A stretch of 64,000 bases of DNA from Octopus vulgaris (lineage: Eukaryota): NCBI GenBank assembly GCA_951406725.2, contig OX597814.1:197904001-197968000 (forward strand), in the 5' to 3' direction. The position numbers and the translations under genes were made by a program. This document shows, piece after piece, positions 29,484-41,904 of this stretch (positions are counted from its first letter, which is position 1; every line of letters starts with the position of its first letter). The notes under the pieces were generated by a model. The model ran no database searches. It was given only the letters and a program-made list of their open reading frames with translations, and was not told where the DNA came from.

Positions 29484-29486
<3 letters not shown>
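28978..29486 (-). mobile_element. Complete non-autonomous Helitron
   Basis: Minus strand A|TCTATATATAT...cccgagcaacgccggg hairpin...CTAG|T, no target-site duplication. Confidence 0.85.
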
Positions 29487-29528
<42 letters not shown>

Positions 29529-29705
29529 CATACATACATAGTTGCATTGTGTATGTATATATATATATATATATACATAGTTGCATTGTGTATGTATATA
29601 TATATATATATATACATACATAGTTGCATTGTGTATGTATGTGTATATATATATATATATATATATACATATATACACACACGCATACATAGTTGCATTG
29701 CACAC
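29487..29705. repeat. (TA)n-catagttgcattgtgtatg minisatellite
   Basis: Four units here; the same unit occurs at about 28762. Confidence 0.9.
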
Positions 29706-31081
29706 ATTACATTACACTAAGTTTGTTTGTTAATTGTTCAAGTCTTTGTCTCATTATTCTGATTCGTCTTTCATTCTAGTTAAATGGAAAGTGTCTGTGG
29801 AGATTAAGGATATTGATAGTGGTTTTCTTCGTAGATAATCTCATTAGTCTTGGATGACGCTTAGATATTGGTGTCTAGTTTTGGGCGATTCTGTGGCTTA
29901 CATACATAAAAACACATACGCGCGCACAAACCCATGCACACGCACGCACCCAATACATACATACGTACAAAGAAATAGCAAGAGAATTTATGCCTACTGA
30001 ATGAATGCAGAAACCATTTGCTGTCAAAGCTTTGATTTTCAACTTTCTTGACATGAGAAATATGAAGGCTACAAAATTATCATCTCTGGTTACCTACTAA
30101 CCACTCTTAAAGGATCTCTATGGGCCTCTGTTTGAATACAACTATCTATACCCTGGAGTTTTCACACATAAAAAAAAAAATCAAAAACCGTGTGCTTCGA
30201 GTAATTGAGTTGATAGACGAAAAATGCTTCACATATTTCATACATGTATTTCTGCCAGGCGAGTTAATTCCAACTGGTCTAGCAATTAAATCTCACCCCT
30301 AGTCAATTAAATACATATTTTTATGGATCACAAAGCTGGGAAAGACAATTTGGCTTCGATTTTCTTTCAATTGAGAAAAGTTCGCCGATGCAAATGAGGC
30401 TATGAAACCCATTACATAACGAAATTATAGAACAGTTTATTTCAAAGAATAGAATGGAACTTATATACAAGAGAATTATGTGTATTTGTTGCCTTTATCT
30501 TAATTTATGCATAATACAACACCCATTTCTTATTTATAAATTTCTACAAAGCATGGAATACGAGAAATTCACATTATTCATGCATTATTCATATCGTTTG
30601 CAATTTCCAATCTGTGTTATATATAGAAACATTCTAAGGTTTGTATGTTTACCTGTAGAAAGTAACAATGGAAGCATCGAGAATATGTAAATGAGTTTTT
30701 GTAGAAACGATGCATTTCGAATATTAATCTAGTCGTAAATAATAGCTTTTAATATGCAGGGTTAATCCGGTTGTATATAAGTTTATAACATATAGGGTTA
30801 ATCCAGTTATAAATATTAGGTTATAATACATGTGGCTAAAAAAACTGATTGATAAAAAGCCATGTCTTTTTCACGTCAAAGGAGTTTTAACCTTGTATTA
30901 TTATTGTTTGTAACTGGATTGGCATGAGAGAGACAAACTTAAAGTAAATATTTTATTTACGACGTATTTCGTTTTGTGTAATATTTAAGTCAGACTTGTA
31001 CCGTTATCACGGTTTTACAGTGCACAACCTACTACAATAACCACCATACAACAGTAATTATATATATATATATATATATAA

Positions 31082-31340
31082 GCAATTAAGATTCAAGTGA
31101 GTTCTGTTGAATTCACATGAATATGGTACTTAACTTGGATGCACCAGAAATCTATATGGTGTTAACCATACGACAAAGTGGGGTGATTATAAATAGGAAA
31201 AAGCAACAAGAATGGATCAATATATCGGTACAATTGTTTCGTACGAAGACATCTTTAATAAGGCTACAAAAATTGCAGTAAATATAGGTGACTCGTACTC
31301 GTACGAGTCACCTATAGCCACTGCAATTTTCTTGTTGTAT
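31082..31340 (-). mobile_element. Penelope-like pseudo-LTR fragment with fold-back end and truncated hammerhead
   Basis: Minus strand ACGA GTACGA...TCGTAC GAAAC AATT GTA; palindrome 31265-31338; (TA)n on both sides. Confidence 0.6.
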
Positions 31341-31359
31341 ATATATATATATATATAAA

Positions 31360-32348
31360 CAAAACGCCCCCGTCCAAATTTAGGCCAACTACTTGTAACG
31401 ACTGTCCCTGTGCCATCTTGATGCTCATTGCAAAGCATACTTTTACGAGAAACTGCATTTGCGTAAATTAAATTAAATGGCACAGCAGAGGGGCTAAGGC
31501 TCATGGGGGTTAATAACTTTGTCACACTAGCGGACGGTTCGCTCAGAATGGTTGTCGTCAGAATTAAGGTCCCAATTTTTTTTTTATGTTCAGACGAGTA
31601 CCGTTGCATAGTTCTGGTGGTTCCACGTTTTCCAGCAACATAACAAGAACACCAACCTTTAGTCTAAGGTCATAAGATGGAAGTCAGAGAGGTAGTTGGC
31701 TGTTGAGGAATTCAATAGGTGTGCAAATTTTCAGCACAGTCCGACCACGTTTACTAACACTTTTGCCTGCACAACTACATGTGAGACAACATCTACCCTT
31801 TTTACAAATATAGAATAGACTAGCAGATATACCCGGCCTTACTCAGGATTAAAATAGTTTATTATTGTTTTACTTATTTCGGTATTACAACCCGATTTCA
31901 TCCGGGTCTACGCGGGTCACATTTTAAAAGATGAGGAATTTTGATCTAGAGGCCACGCCTTTCAATTGAGCAAACTCAAAGTTGCCATGCAAACTCGCTA
32001 ACACTTTTAACATAGGTGTGCAGATTTTCAGCTCAATCCGACCACGTTTACTAATACTTTTGGCTGCACAACTGCTTGAGAGACAACGTCCGCCCTTTTC
32101 ACAATTATGTAATAGACTTACAGAGATATCCGGCCTTGCTTGGGATTAAAATGGCAAAGTTTTTTATTGTTTTACTTGTTTGGTTATTATAACCAGATTT
32201 CATTCGGGTCTACTCGAACCACATTTTAAAAGATGAGGAATTTTGCCCTGGAGGTCACTCTTTTCAATTAAGCAAACTCAAAGTTTCCATGCAAACTCGC
32301 CAGCACTTTTAACATAAGTGTGCATATTTTCAGCTCAATCCGACCACA
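31360..32348 (-). mobile_element. Head-to-tail Helitron array, unit about 297 bp
   Basis: Tandem homology starting 31715, 32011 and 32312; minus-strand junction CTAG|TC at 31818-31823 preceded by a hairpin. Confidence 0.75.
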
Positions 32349-32357
32349 TATGCACAC

Positions 32358-32412
<55 letters not shown>

Positions 32413-32949
32413 TAACACAATATATCTTATTAATAATATCTGTTATCATGATTGTGCAGTGATGGTGGGCGATAATAATTCATCGTTCAATAAGACCTGT
32501 GGCGGGAATATTTAAACTTTTGCGGCTGTCAACGCTTTCTCTCTATAGATACAGACAGACGTACAGTGAGAGAAGTTTGGGAGAAAGAGTGAGAGAGAGA
32601 GACGGGGGAAGGCGGAGAGGAAAAGAGAGTGGAAGCTGTCAAACGTCGTTATAGAGAGAAAGTGAAGGGAAGGAAGGAAGGAAGGAAGGAAGGAAAGAGA
32701 GATCGAGGAAGACAGGGTGATATCCGAAAGAGAGAAACGATAAACACTTGTTAAAGTTTGGGTTTTGTTGCCCTAGTAACCACAGCTTTTGAGATGGACG
32801 TTTCAAACCTAGTCCAGTCGCTTCCTTGCCTCCTTTTCGCCGCAATCCGAGCACGCCTACTGCCATTGAACCCTGCATAACCACTAAATGAGACACGCAA
32901 ACATACAACAGGGATAAATAGACAAATAAATAAATGGATGAAAAAGTTC

Positions 32950-33435
32950 AAAATTTAAAATTAGGGAGGGGTGAAATTTGAGCCCCTTAAACTTTATAAC
33001 ATTAATTATTAAACATTAATGTTTGTTTCTCATAAAATGGTGTTTATTCAATTTACATTAAATTCTTATTTACGATTATTTTAGACAAACACAAGTAAAA
33101 CGCAAATTCTTTTCACTTTAATGTTTTTGTCTGTATTCAATTTCGATTTGCAATATGTTCGTCAATTCGCTACGATCTCTTTAAAGTAAACAAAATCAAA
33201 AATTTTAATTGGGGCGGAAGTGAGGGGAAATAAAAAGAATTTTTTTTTTTTGCACAAAAATGCATCGCTCGCCCGTTGACGCCCGCGTTTGCCCGATTTA
33301 GCCCGCCTTTTGACGTCCGCCTTCGCCCGCCTCTGGACGTCCGCCTTCGCCCTTCTCCGCCGCGTTACCGTGCCCGATATCGTAAGAACGAACCGATGCA
33401 TTTTTCAAAGTGAGGTGCGAAACTGTATTAGTCCC
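32950..33435. mobile_element. Partial copy of the 44559 MITE family with internal cgcccg repeats
   Basis: Colinear with 44660-45023; right TIR gaggtgcgaaactgtattagtccc. Confidence 0.8.
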
Positions 33436-33768
33436 AAATATTCTTTGTCAATGTTTTAAAAGTTCGATCGACAAATTTTAATGAACTTAATGAACTTATC
33501 TTCCTCATTTGTTTTTGTTGTTTTCTACTTTTAACCCCCTTAAGGGAGTTTTGATTGCTTCAATTATTTACGGAACATTTTTCAACTCACAATATCACAT
33601 CATATATAAAACAATAGCTAGTCGTAAATGTATTTACTAGGCAGAACGCTCTCCTAAGATATATATATATCTCTCAAACATTAATAATATATGCACACTT
33701 CTGTATGTACGCGTGCATTCATGCTTGCATGTGTATATCGATGTCGTTAACTGGTATATGTCGATGAA

Positions 33769-34001
33769 AGGCGGCGAGCTGGCAGAAACGTTAGCACGCC
33801 GGGTGAAATGCGTAGCCGTATTTCGTCTGTCGTTACGTTCTGAGTTCAAATTCCGCCGAGGTTGACTTTGCCTTTCATCCTTTCGGGGTCGATTAAATAA
33901 GTACCAGTTACTCACTGGGGTCGATATAATCGACTTAATACCTATGTCTGTCCTTGTTTGTCCCCTCTATGTTTTAGCCCCTTGTGGGTAGTAAGGAAAT
34001 A
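33769..34001 (+). mobile_element. SINE family B, full length
   Basis: 16-bp target-site duplication ggtatatgtcgatgaa at 33753 and 34002. Confidence 0.92.
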
Positions 34002-34283
34002 GGTATATGTCGATGAATGATGTAAACAGCGAAAAATCATCATAGTTACTGCACCAACTTACAACCAGTCCCTATTCACTGTTAGGGTTAGAAGTACTGT
34101 GAACCAGCGATTGGCCCTTTGGAAACCTATACCCAACGACGATAGAAATTAGAATCAAGACATGAAATTAAATTAAATTAATTCTTTTGTACAAAAAGAA
34201 ACGAGGAAAATAATATAACTAGTATGAAATTATGCTTTGATCTACAAAAAGATGTATTTGTTGTAACTTATCACGATTATTAT

Positions 34284-34912
34284 TCTTTTCTACTCTAGGC
34301 ACAAAGCCTGACATTTTGGGGGAGGGGGCCAGTCGATTAGATCGACTCCAGTACGCAACTGGTACTTAATTTATTGATTCCGGAAAAATGAAAGGCAAAG
34401 TCGACCTCGGCAGAATTTGAGCTCACAACGTAACGGCAGACAAAATACATGTTTCTTTACTGCCCACAAGGGGATAAACATAGAGGGGACAAACAAGAAC
34501 AGACAAATGGATTAAGTCGATTATATCGATCCCAGTGCGTAACTGGTACTTAATTTATCGACCCCGAAAGGATGAAGGCAAAAGTCGACCTAGCAGAATT
34601 TGAACTCAGAACGTAACGGCAGACGAAATACCGCTAAGCATTTCGCCCGGCATGCCAGCGCTTCTGCCAGCTCGCCGCCTTTCATTATTATTATTGACAA
34701 GGCGATGAGCTGGCAGAATCGTTAGTACGCCGAGCGACATGTTTAGCAGTAATTCGTCTGCCGCTACGTTCGGAGTTCACATTCCGCCGAGGTCGACTTT
34801 GCCTTTTGTCCTTTCGAGGTCGATTAAATAAGTACCAGTTACAAACTGGGGTTGATATAATCGACTAGCCTCCTTCTCCAAAATTTTCAAGGCCTTGTTC
34901 TTAGAGAAGAAA
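34284..34912. mobile_element. Cluster of family B SINEs: nested minus-strand pair plus a plus-strand copy
   Basis: Three central domains and two heads pointing outward around 34682-34699. Confidence 0.88.
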
Positions 34913-34929
34913 TAATTATATGATTGATT

Positions 34930-35965
34930 TGATTCCGGCTCGTTCTAATTCCTTGTACAATTTATGGGGCAGCGGATTACTACCTGTACCCTGTTGTATC
35001 TACAAACTTTTTGTAATCTCTCATAAAGACCCTCCTGATAATCATCCCTAAGAGGCAACTTTCTTTAGAAGCTCAAAAGAGCATTCTATTCCAATCTCCT
35101 ACAATCATTTGTCTATGCCTTTACTTACAGTTTCCAATGCACCAATTATTACAGACAGAACCATATCATTATTATAATTGTTATTATTATTATCGTTATT
35201 TACTTTTAATCTGCATGTTTGTTTCAATCACTTGCCGAGACACGCCCAGGGCGTGATAAGAGATGTTACAGTTTGACTGAAAGCCTGAGGAGGGGAAGTG
35301 GCAGGGACAGTGATGAAATATCTTCATGTAATACATTTAAATCGACAGGGTTTTTCTAAAGACGTGGGCAGTACTTGTCAGCATACAATAGCAGGAACAG
35401 TCCTCACTTTATTATTATTATTATTACTATCATCATTTTTATTATTATATGAAAATTCACAGCTTATTTTGCTGGGTATGATGGAAAGTGTCTGCTGCCC
35501 ACAACCAGTAGACTAAAGTGGCACTTCTTTATTTGTCCCGCTTCAAAAACCCTGCGAAGAATTCTTGCAGTTCCAAGCCATGATGATATTTGTAGGTGTT
35601 CTACCTTCACACTTGCACCGATCTTTTCCAAGCATGCTGGTAGTTGAATGCAGATACTTCCAAGTGCACTAATTACTATCATGACTATTCCCTTCATTGA
35701 CCACAGCCTTCATATTTCCCACTTTAAATCGTCATAGTTGTTTATTTTTCCTTCTTTCACATTGACCCTGTTGTCACCGGGGCATGCTATGTCCATTATC
35801 ATACATGGTCTTCTTTTTTTATTCACAACAAAAATGTCTGGTTTCCGATGTTTGGCCGGGTGATCGCATTGGATCATTGCATCCCACAGGATTTTGCAAT
35901 TTTCATTTTCGGTGACTCCTTCTGGTGTTTGCTCATACCAAATCTTTGCTCTTTGTAGACCATAG
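34930..35965 (-). mobile_element. Three stacked 3' ends of R4/Dong-clade elements
   Basis: KILWD...RKPDIFVV...DIACP...LGTARILRRVF (35450-35965); TAHVFRKTL plus UTR (35200-35405); VIIGALETVSKG (34930-35165); separated by TAA remnants. Confidence 0.8.
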
Positions 35966-35974
35966 AATACTTAA

Positions 35975-36140
35975 GGGCATTTTGTCCGTCTTACGTTCTG
36001 AGTTCAAATTCCGTCGAGGTTGACTTTGTCTTTCATCCTTTCGGGGTCGATAAATTAAGTACCAGTCAATCACTGATGTCGATGTGATCGACTTACCCCT
36101 CCCCACAAATTTCAGACCTTATGCTTATAGTAGAAAGGAT
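35975..36140 (+). mobile_element. SINE family B, 5'-truncated
   Basis: tacgttctgagttcaaattcc...tagtagaaagg. Confidence 0.85.
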
Positions 36141-37127
36141 TATCATCATTATGATTATTATTATTGATTTCGTTGGGAACCGGTTTGGGAACAATGCAAA
36201 AATATTTTAGAAAGAAAAAGAGATACTAAAAAACTAAATATGGTTGCTCTAAACTATTACATTCCACGCTTTATAGCTGCTGACAATCACATATTTATTT
36301 GCTACACCTTAACAGGCTTTCCTAACTACAGTAATGTTAGAAAACAGATTGGTTGATATGCGTCTCCCTCCACGGCCACAAACCATAACCACCCAGCCAC
36401 CTAACCACACAAGCATAGCTGAGTAAAGGTGAAAAAGAAAAACGAAAGCAGAAATATTCCTTGATCAAATCAACGCATAATATTATTGCAATGCGCTTTG
36501 GAAAATATCTAGTGAACAGTGTCATGTGGATTGAGAGAGAGAGCGAGGGAGGGAGAGTGGAAAAGATGGCGTACTGAAGAATAGTCAGGGAGAGTGGCTG
36601 GTAGTAGCGGTGGTGGTGATGTTGGTGGTGGTTAAAGTAAAAGATAGAAACAATGAAGCGAACAGCGAAGTAAATATATATATACGAGAGGCAGGCGAGG
36701 ACAGAAACAAGCAGACAAAGACAGGGAAAAGACAAATGCAGTGACATAAAATAAATACAGGGGACAGTAAGGAAAAAAAATTACTGGAATAGAGAGAAAG
36801 GGGGTGGATATAAAGGGAGGAAGAGAGAGAGAGAAAGGGAGAGACACACACACTGCATGAATATCGTGACTTTGAATATTTTACAACGTGCTATTTAGAA
36901 AAAGTTTGCCGGAAATGGGAAGACAACATAAAACCGCAACAGCATAGGAAAATCAAGAGATTATGGAAGTCGATTTTTTGGTGAATCAAAAAAAAAAAAA
37001 AAAGCTTGTGTGGATGTGACGTCTGCAATGAAATGGATGTTTACCGTCTTCCTTTGTCCAAAGTAATTTAGTTGGAATTCAATACAGTATAAGGGAGATG
37101 AAAAAAAATAATCCATTGGCTTTTTTC

Positions 37128-37158
<31 letters not shown>

Positions 37159-37960
37159 CTGATTTTTCGTTGATTTGTTTTCTTTTTCTCTCTCCGGCGG
37201 GTGGAGAGTTCTTTTGTTAAAAAAATAATTCTAAACATTTGTAAGTCCTTCAATAGCGAGAGATATTTGCAAACGACCATCTTTATCCTTTTTAATTCAT
37301 TAGTGGTAGCGAGGGGTTAATACAGAAAGTGATGGGAGATTTCAGGTGATTGATTTTGGTTCAATAGGAGGAAACAAAATAAGAAGAAAAAAATACATAA
37401 TGGACGGAAAATGTTAATATTTCTCGTTTTTTTTTTCCTTCATTTTTTATTTTATTTTTCATCTCGTGGAATATAAAATATTATCCAACAAAGAAGAGAA
37501 GAGAATTAATTCAAATATGAACACATCACAATTGATTAAACATTCCAAATGGAAGGAGAAATATCATTTTTTTTTTCTCTATTATCCCTGAATATTTGTT
37601 TTTCTAACAGTCATAGAGCGCTTCTGTTTATACACCGTTCTATGGTCCTACAGTATCGATGTTATTTTGGAAGTAACTCCTTGTAATGTTACTACCGTAT
37701 CACCACGGAGAAAGACATTCATGGCCGCCGTTCGTATCCATTGAGTTATAAATCTTACATTCGACGTTTTATATACCTTTCTCTAGTCATTCGTGCGTTT
37801 ATTTGTGTATTCGTTGGTTTATTGTTTTGCTTATATGTATACATAGACACGCACACACATACGTACATATATATCGAGAGAGACAGACACACACACATAT
37901 ATACATTTACATACATGTATACATACACGTACATACGCAAATATTCATATATATATATAT

Positions 37961-38141
37961 ATTTCTTTACTACCCACAAGGGGCTAAACACAGAGGGGAC
38001 AAACAAGGACAGACAAAAGGATTAAGTCAATAACATCGACCCCAGTGCGTAACTGGTACTTAATTTATTGACCCCGAAAGGATGAAAGGCAAATCAACCT
38101 CGGCGGAATTTGAACTCGGAACGTAACGACAGACGAAATAG
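37961..38141 (-). mobile_element. SINE family B, 5'-truncated
   Basis: Tail tttctttactacccacaagggg and central domain. Confidence 0.88.
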
Positions 38142-38199
38142 TATTCATATACATATATACAGATACACATAAATACATATGCATGTATATTTATGTGTA

Positions 38200-38425
38200 T
38201 CTATCTCTTTTGCTGAATCGCTAGATTGCAGGGACATAAGCAAACCAACACACACAAATACAAACATACATATGTACAGGCTTCCACATAGTTCTCTTCT
38301 AAATTCATTCAAAAGGCATTGTTCGGCCCAAGGTTATAGTAGAAGGCACTTGCCCAAGGTGCCACGCAGTGAGACTGAACCCAAAACCGGTGGAAAAGCA
38401 AACTTCTTAACCACACAGCTATGCT
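38200..38425 (-). mobile_element. Degenerate SINE family A
   Basis: cacttgcccaaggtgccacgcagtgagactgaaccc. Confidence 0.7.
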
Positions 38426-38529
38426 TGTGTGTGTATGCGTGTGTGTGTCTGTCAAATATAAGAAATAGATTTAAAAATTGTATAAAGGGTACGGATACAA
38501 ACAACATAGGAAGCGAACCCATATACACA

Positions 38530-38975
38530 CACAGAGTAACTTCACAGACAATATCAACAACGCGATCAACAATGACAGCAACAACAGCGGCAACAACAAC
38601 AACTACTGCAATGGCAACTGTGTGGGCGAATACAAACACAGAGAGATACAAGAACGGTACCAAAAGTCGGGGTCAAGGACAGAAGCAGAGGCAACGGGGG
38701 GTGGGGAGGGTTAAAGTGCTACTAAGAACGAGACACACATGTACACGCACATGCAAATACAGACGCATAAGCATATAAGGATGCACATCATAGAATATCA
38801 TTGACTAAGCGGAACAAGAACACGCAAGGACGGAAAGTGTTGCTAAAGAAATAACGGATGTGTGACGAAAGATTTCCGGACAATAGACATGAGTTAGAAA
38901 TAAGAACAGTAATAAATGACTGAAGAACGAATATCTAGAGCGTGTGTTTATTTGGCAAAAAGAAAATGACCGTCC
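38530..38975 (+). mobile_element. Second copy of the 27790 repeat, hammerhead core decayed
   Basis: atggcaactgtgtgggcgaa...gatgtgtgacgaaagatttccggac...tatttggcaaaaagaaa. Confidence 0.75.
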
Positions 38976-38990
38976 CGAAATACAACAATA

Positions 38991-39209
38991 TTCTTTTACT
39001 CTTTTACTTGTTTCAGTCATTTGACTGCGGCCATGCTGGAGCACCGCCTTGAATCGAGTAACTCGACCCCGGGACTTATTCTTTTGTAAGCCCAGTACTT
39101 ATTCTATCGGTCTATTTTGCCGAACCGCTAAGTAACGGGGACATAAACACACCAGCATCGGTTGTCAAGCAATGCTAGGGGGACAAACACAGACACAAAC
39201 ACACACACA

Positions 39210-39252
<43 letters not shown>

Positions 39253-39403
39253 GAGGGGCTTCTTTCAGTTTCCGTCTACCAAATCCACTCACAAGGCCCG
39301 AGGCTATAGTAGAAGACACTTACCCAAGGTGCCACGCAGTGGGACTGAACCCGGAGCCATGTGGTTGGTAAACAAGCTACTTACCACACAGCCACTCCTG
39401 CGC
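38991..39403 (-). mobile_element. SINE family A, full length
   Basis: Ends cacagccactcctgcgcc. Confidence 0.92.
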
Positions 39404-39589
39404 CTAGATAGATAGATACACACACATATATATATGCACACGCATATATATATATATATATATATACGCACACATATATATACACACACACATATATATG
39501 AACACACACACATGAACACACACACACGAACACACACACACGAACACACACACACGAACACACACACACATATATATATACATATATAC

Positions 39590-39636
<47 letters not shown>

Positions 39637-39760
39637 GGCGCAGGTGTGGCATGATACCAGGTTCAGTTCCACTGCGTGTCACCATCGGCAAATGCCTTCT
39701 ATTATAGTCTTGGGCCGACCAAAGTGGATTTGGCAGATGGAAATTGAAAGAAGCCCGAGG
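39637..39760 (+). mobile_element. SINE family A, partial
   Basis: ggcgcagg...ggttcagttccactgcg...gaaagaagcccg. Confidence 0.75.
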
Positions 39761-40233
39761 TTTGTGTATATATACATACATACATACACACAAAATATTG
39801 GGGTTTAGTTCAAAGGTAATCTAAACGACTATGTACGTTGGTTAAGTGCTGTAAAGGATTACCAGGGCTCCAAGGTTATAGCCGACACGGGAGTTATGGA
39901 ACAAATGTAGATTTCCGATATAGCGGATATATAATTATTTAGGAGGACCTCCACGATCGTTAACACATACCCTTATATATCTCTTCTATCAACCTCTCCT
40001 TAACACTTTATAAGATAAATGTTAATTCTTTAGTTTATTTTTTAAACCTTAACCTATAAAATCCCCTAATATTTACTTGTGACTCTTATTCCTAAATAAT
40101 TTAACATTCATCTGGTTTCTCCTTTCACAACTTCCAATATACCCATACCTAAAAATATTTCTACAGCCACTGACCTTAGCCATAAAACAGAACCAAACAC
40201 TTACATTGCGGAACTGTTATTTCAACGAGTTAT

Positions 40234-40344
40234 ATCTATCACCCGAAGAGACACATCTGCACCGTCGGATGCTCCTGAACAAGTTAAGTATCCCACTTGT
40301 GAGGGATCGATGCTAGATGCGCCGAAACAATTGAAGTGATGGAT
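40234..40344 (+). ncRNA. Degenerate type-I hammerhead with long stem II
   Basis: atctatcac CCGAAGA gacacatct...agatgcgcc GAAAC AATT G AA gtgatggat; 9-bp stem I; two core mutations. Confidence 0.6.
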
Positions 40345-40380
40345 AAATATTCTCCTATCTTCCATCTTTCATTTACCGTA

Positions 40381-41250
40381 CGTGATCTAATCAATATGTA
40401 TCCGGACTGTTGCCATAGAAACGAAACTATATCACACAGAGTAAAGCCGCTTGGCACAGATTGACCTTAAACTCTACTGTGTTTGCGCACTAAGTTTTAA
40501 CGTTCTAGCTCACTTCTGGAAGGAAACTATGTACCATGTGATCGGCGCATTGACCATGAGAAAGTTGAGCAGAGAATCTACATCAAATTTTGCCAAAATC
40601 TTTGCTATACCGGCTCAGAGGTCTACGAAAAGTTTTCAAAAAGTTTTAATTGTTCTCGATACAATCAAAGAGATCTTGTACAACTGAAACCCCGAGTGTC
40701 TTTTTAGTCAGCTGATATCAGTTTTGGTACAAACTTGGCAGACACGCCTCTCATACTCAAATCTTCAGTGGTAATGGACTGAACTGAACCCTAACTAATT
40801 TGCACATCCTCTGATAACTCGTGGATGGTGATTCGACGATTTCCTCTCACAGTTGCACGCACATCCGCGATGCTTTTCTCAGTTCTGCTAGTAGCGGGTC
40901 TCCCAGAACGTTCGTCAATATCGATATTTTTTCAGTCATCTTGGAAACCTCTAAACTACTCGTACACTTGCGTGCAGCTTATACACCTCTCTCCATACAC
41001 TTTCTGCCCTTTTATGCAGGCCTCCGAGCAGGTATCGCCTGACAACTTTCTCTGTCTTGGTCAATGCAACGAGCACACGCTACACACCTTCCTTCCAGGC
41101 ACTGCTGTTAACTGCAGCAGTGAACTAAAACGTTAAAACTTAGCGCGCATGCACAGCAAAGTTTAAGGTCAATCTTTGCCAAACTGCTTCACTGCGTGCT
41201 TCAGCTTCGTTACTATAGCAACAGTCTGGATACTTATTGATTAAATCTAT
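40381..41250. mobile_element. Mariner derivative with long TIRs formed by two inverted 5' ends
   Basis: TA-flanked inverted arms of about 130 bp; EQRIYIKFC on the plus strand; NRRITIHELSEDVQIS...EDLSMRGVSAKFVPKL on the minus strand. Confidence 0.82.
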
Positions 41251-41316
41251 TATACATAACGAACACTGAGAAAGTTACCGAGCTTTACCAGTAAGCTATC
41301 AAGTATAAACCATTCG

Positions 41317-41374
<58 letters not shown>

Positions 41375-41904
41375 GCGCGATGGGCTTCCACACAATTTCC
41401 GTCTACCAAATTCACTCACAAAGTACTGAATGATCCAGGGCTATTGTAGAAGTCACCTGCCTAAGGTACTGCGCAGTGGAACTGAACCCGGGACCGTGAT
41501 TACAAAGCGCGAGCTTCTTACTCAGTCCAATGCATTGAACTGGCACTCTGTCTCAACGACGCAAGAAAGCTGAAAGACAAAGCTGACCTCAGCGAGATTC
41601 TGAATTCAGGACGTGAAGAGCGAGGACAAATCCTGCAAGACATTAAAACGGATGAATCATTAGAACGTCTAGGATTCATCAATTTTGAGTTCCTGAGAAA
41701 GGAGGTGCACATTAGTTGGTCATTAAAATACGTTCCATCAAAGCTACACAGGATTAAGTAACATCATTAGTTAAGTTACTGCTCTGAGAGTTAATAGTTA
41801 TTTCTCATATAAAAGCGAGCTGTGCAAAATGTTACCATTTGCCTGTAGACACATATAGACATACAACAAGAACGTCCGTATATGAACGCATCTAGGTGTG
41901 TATG

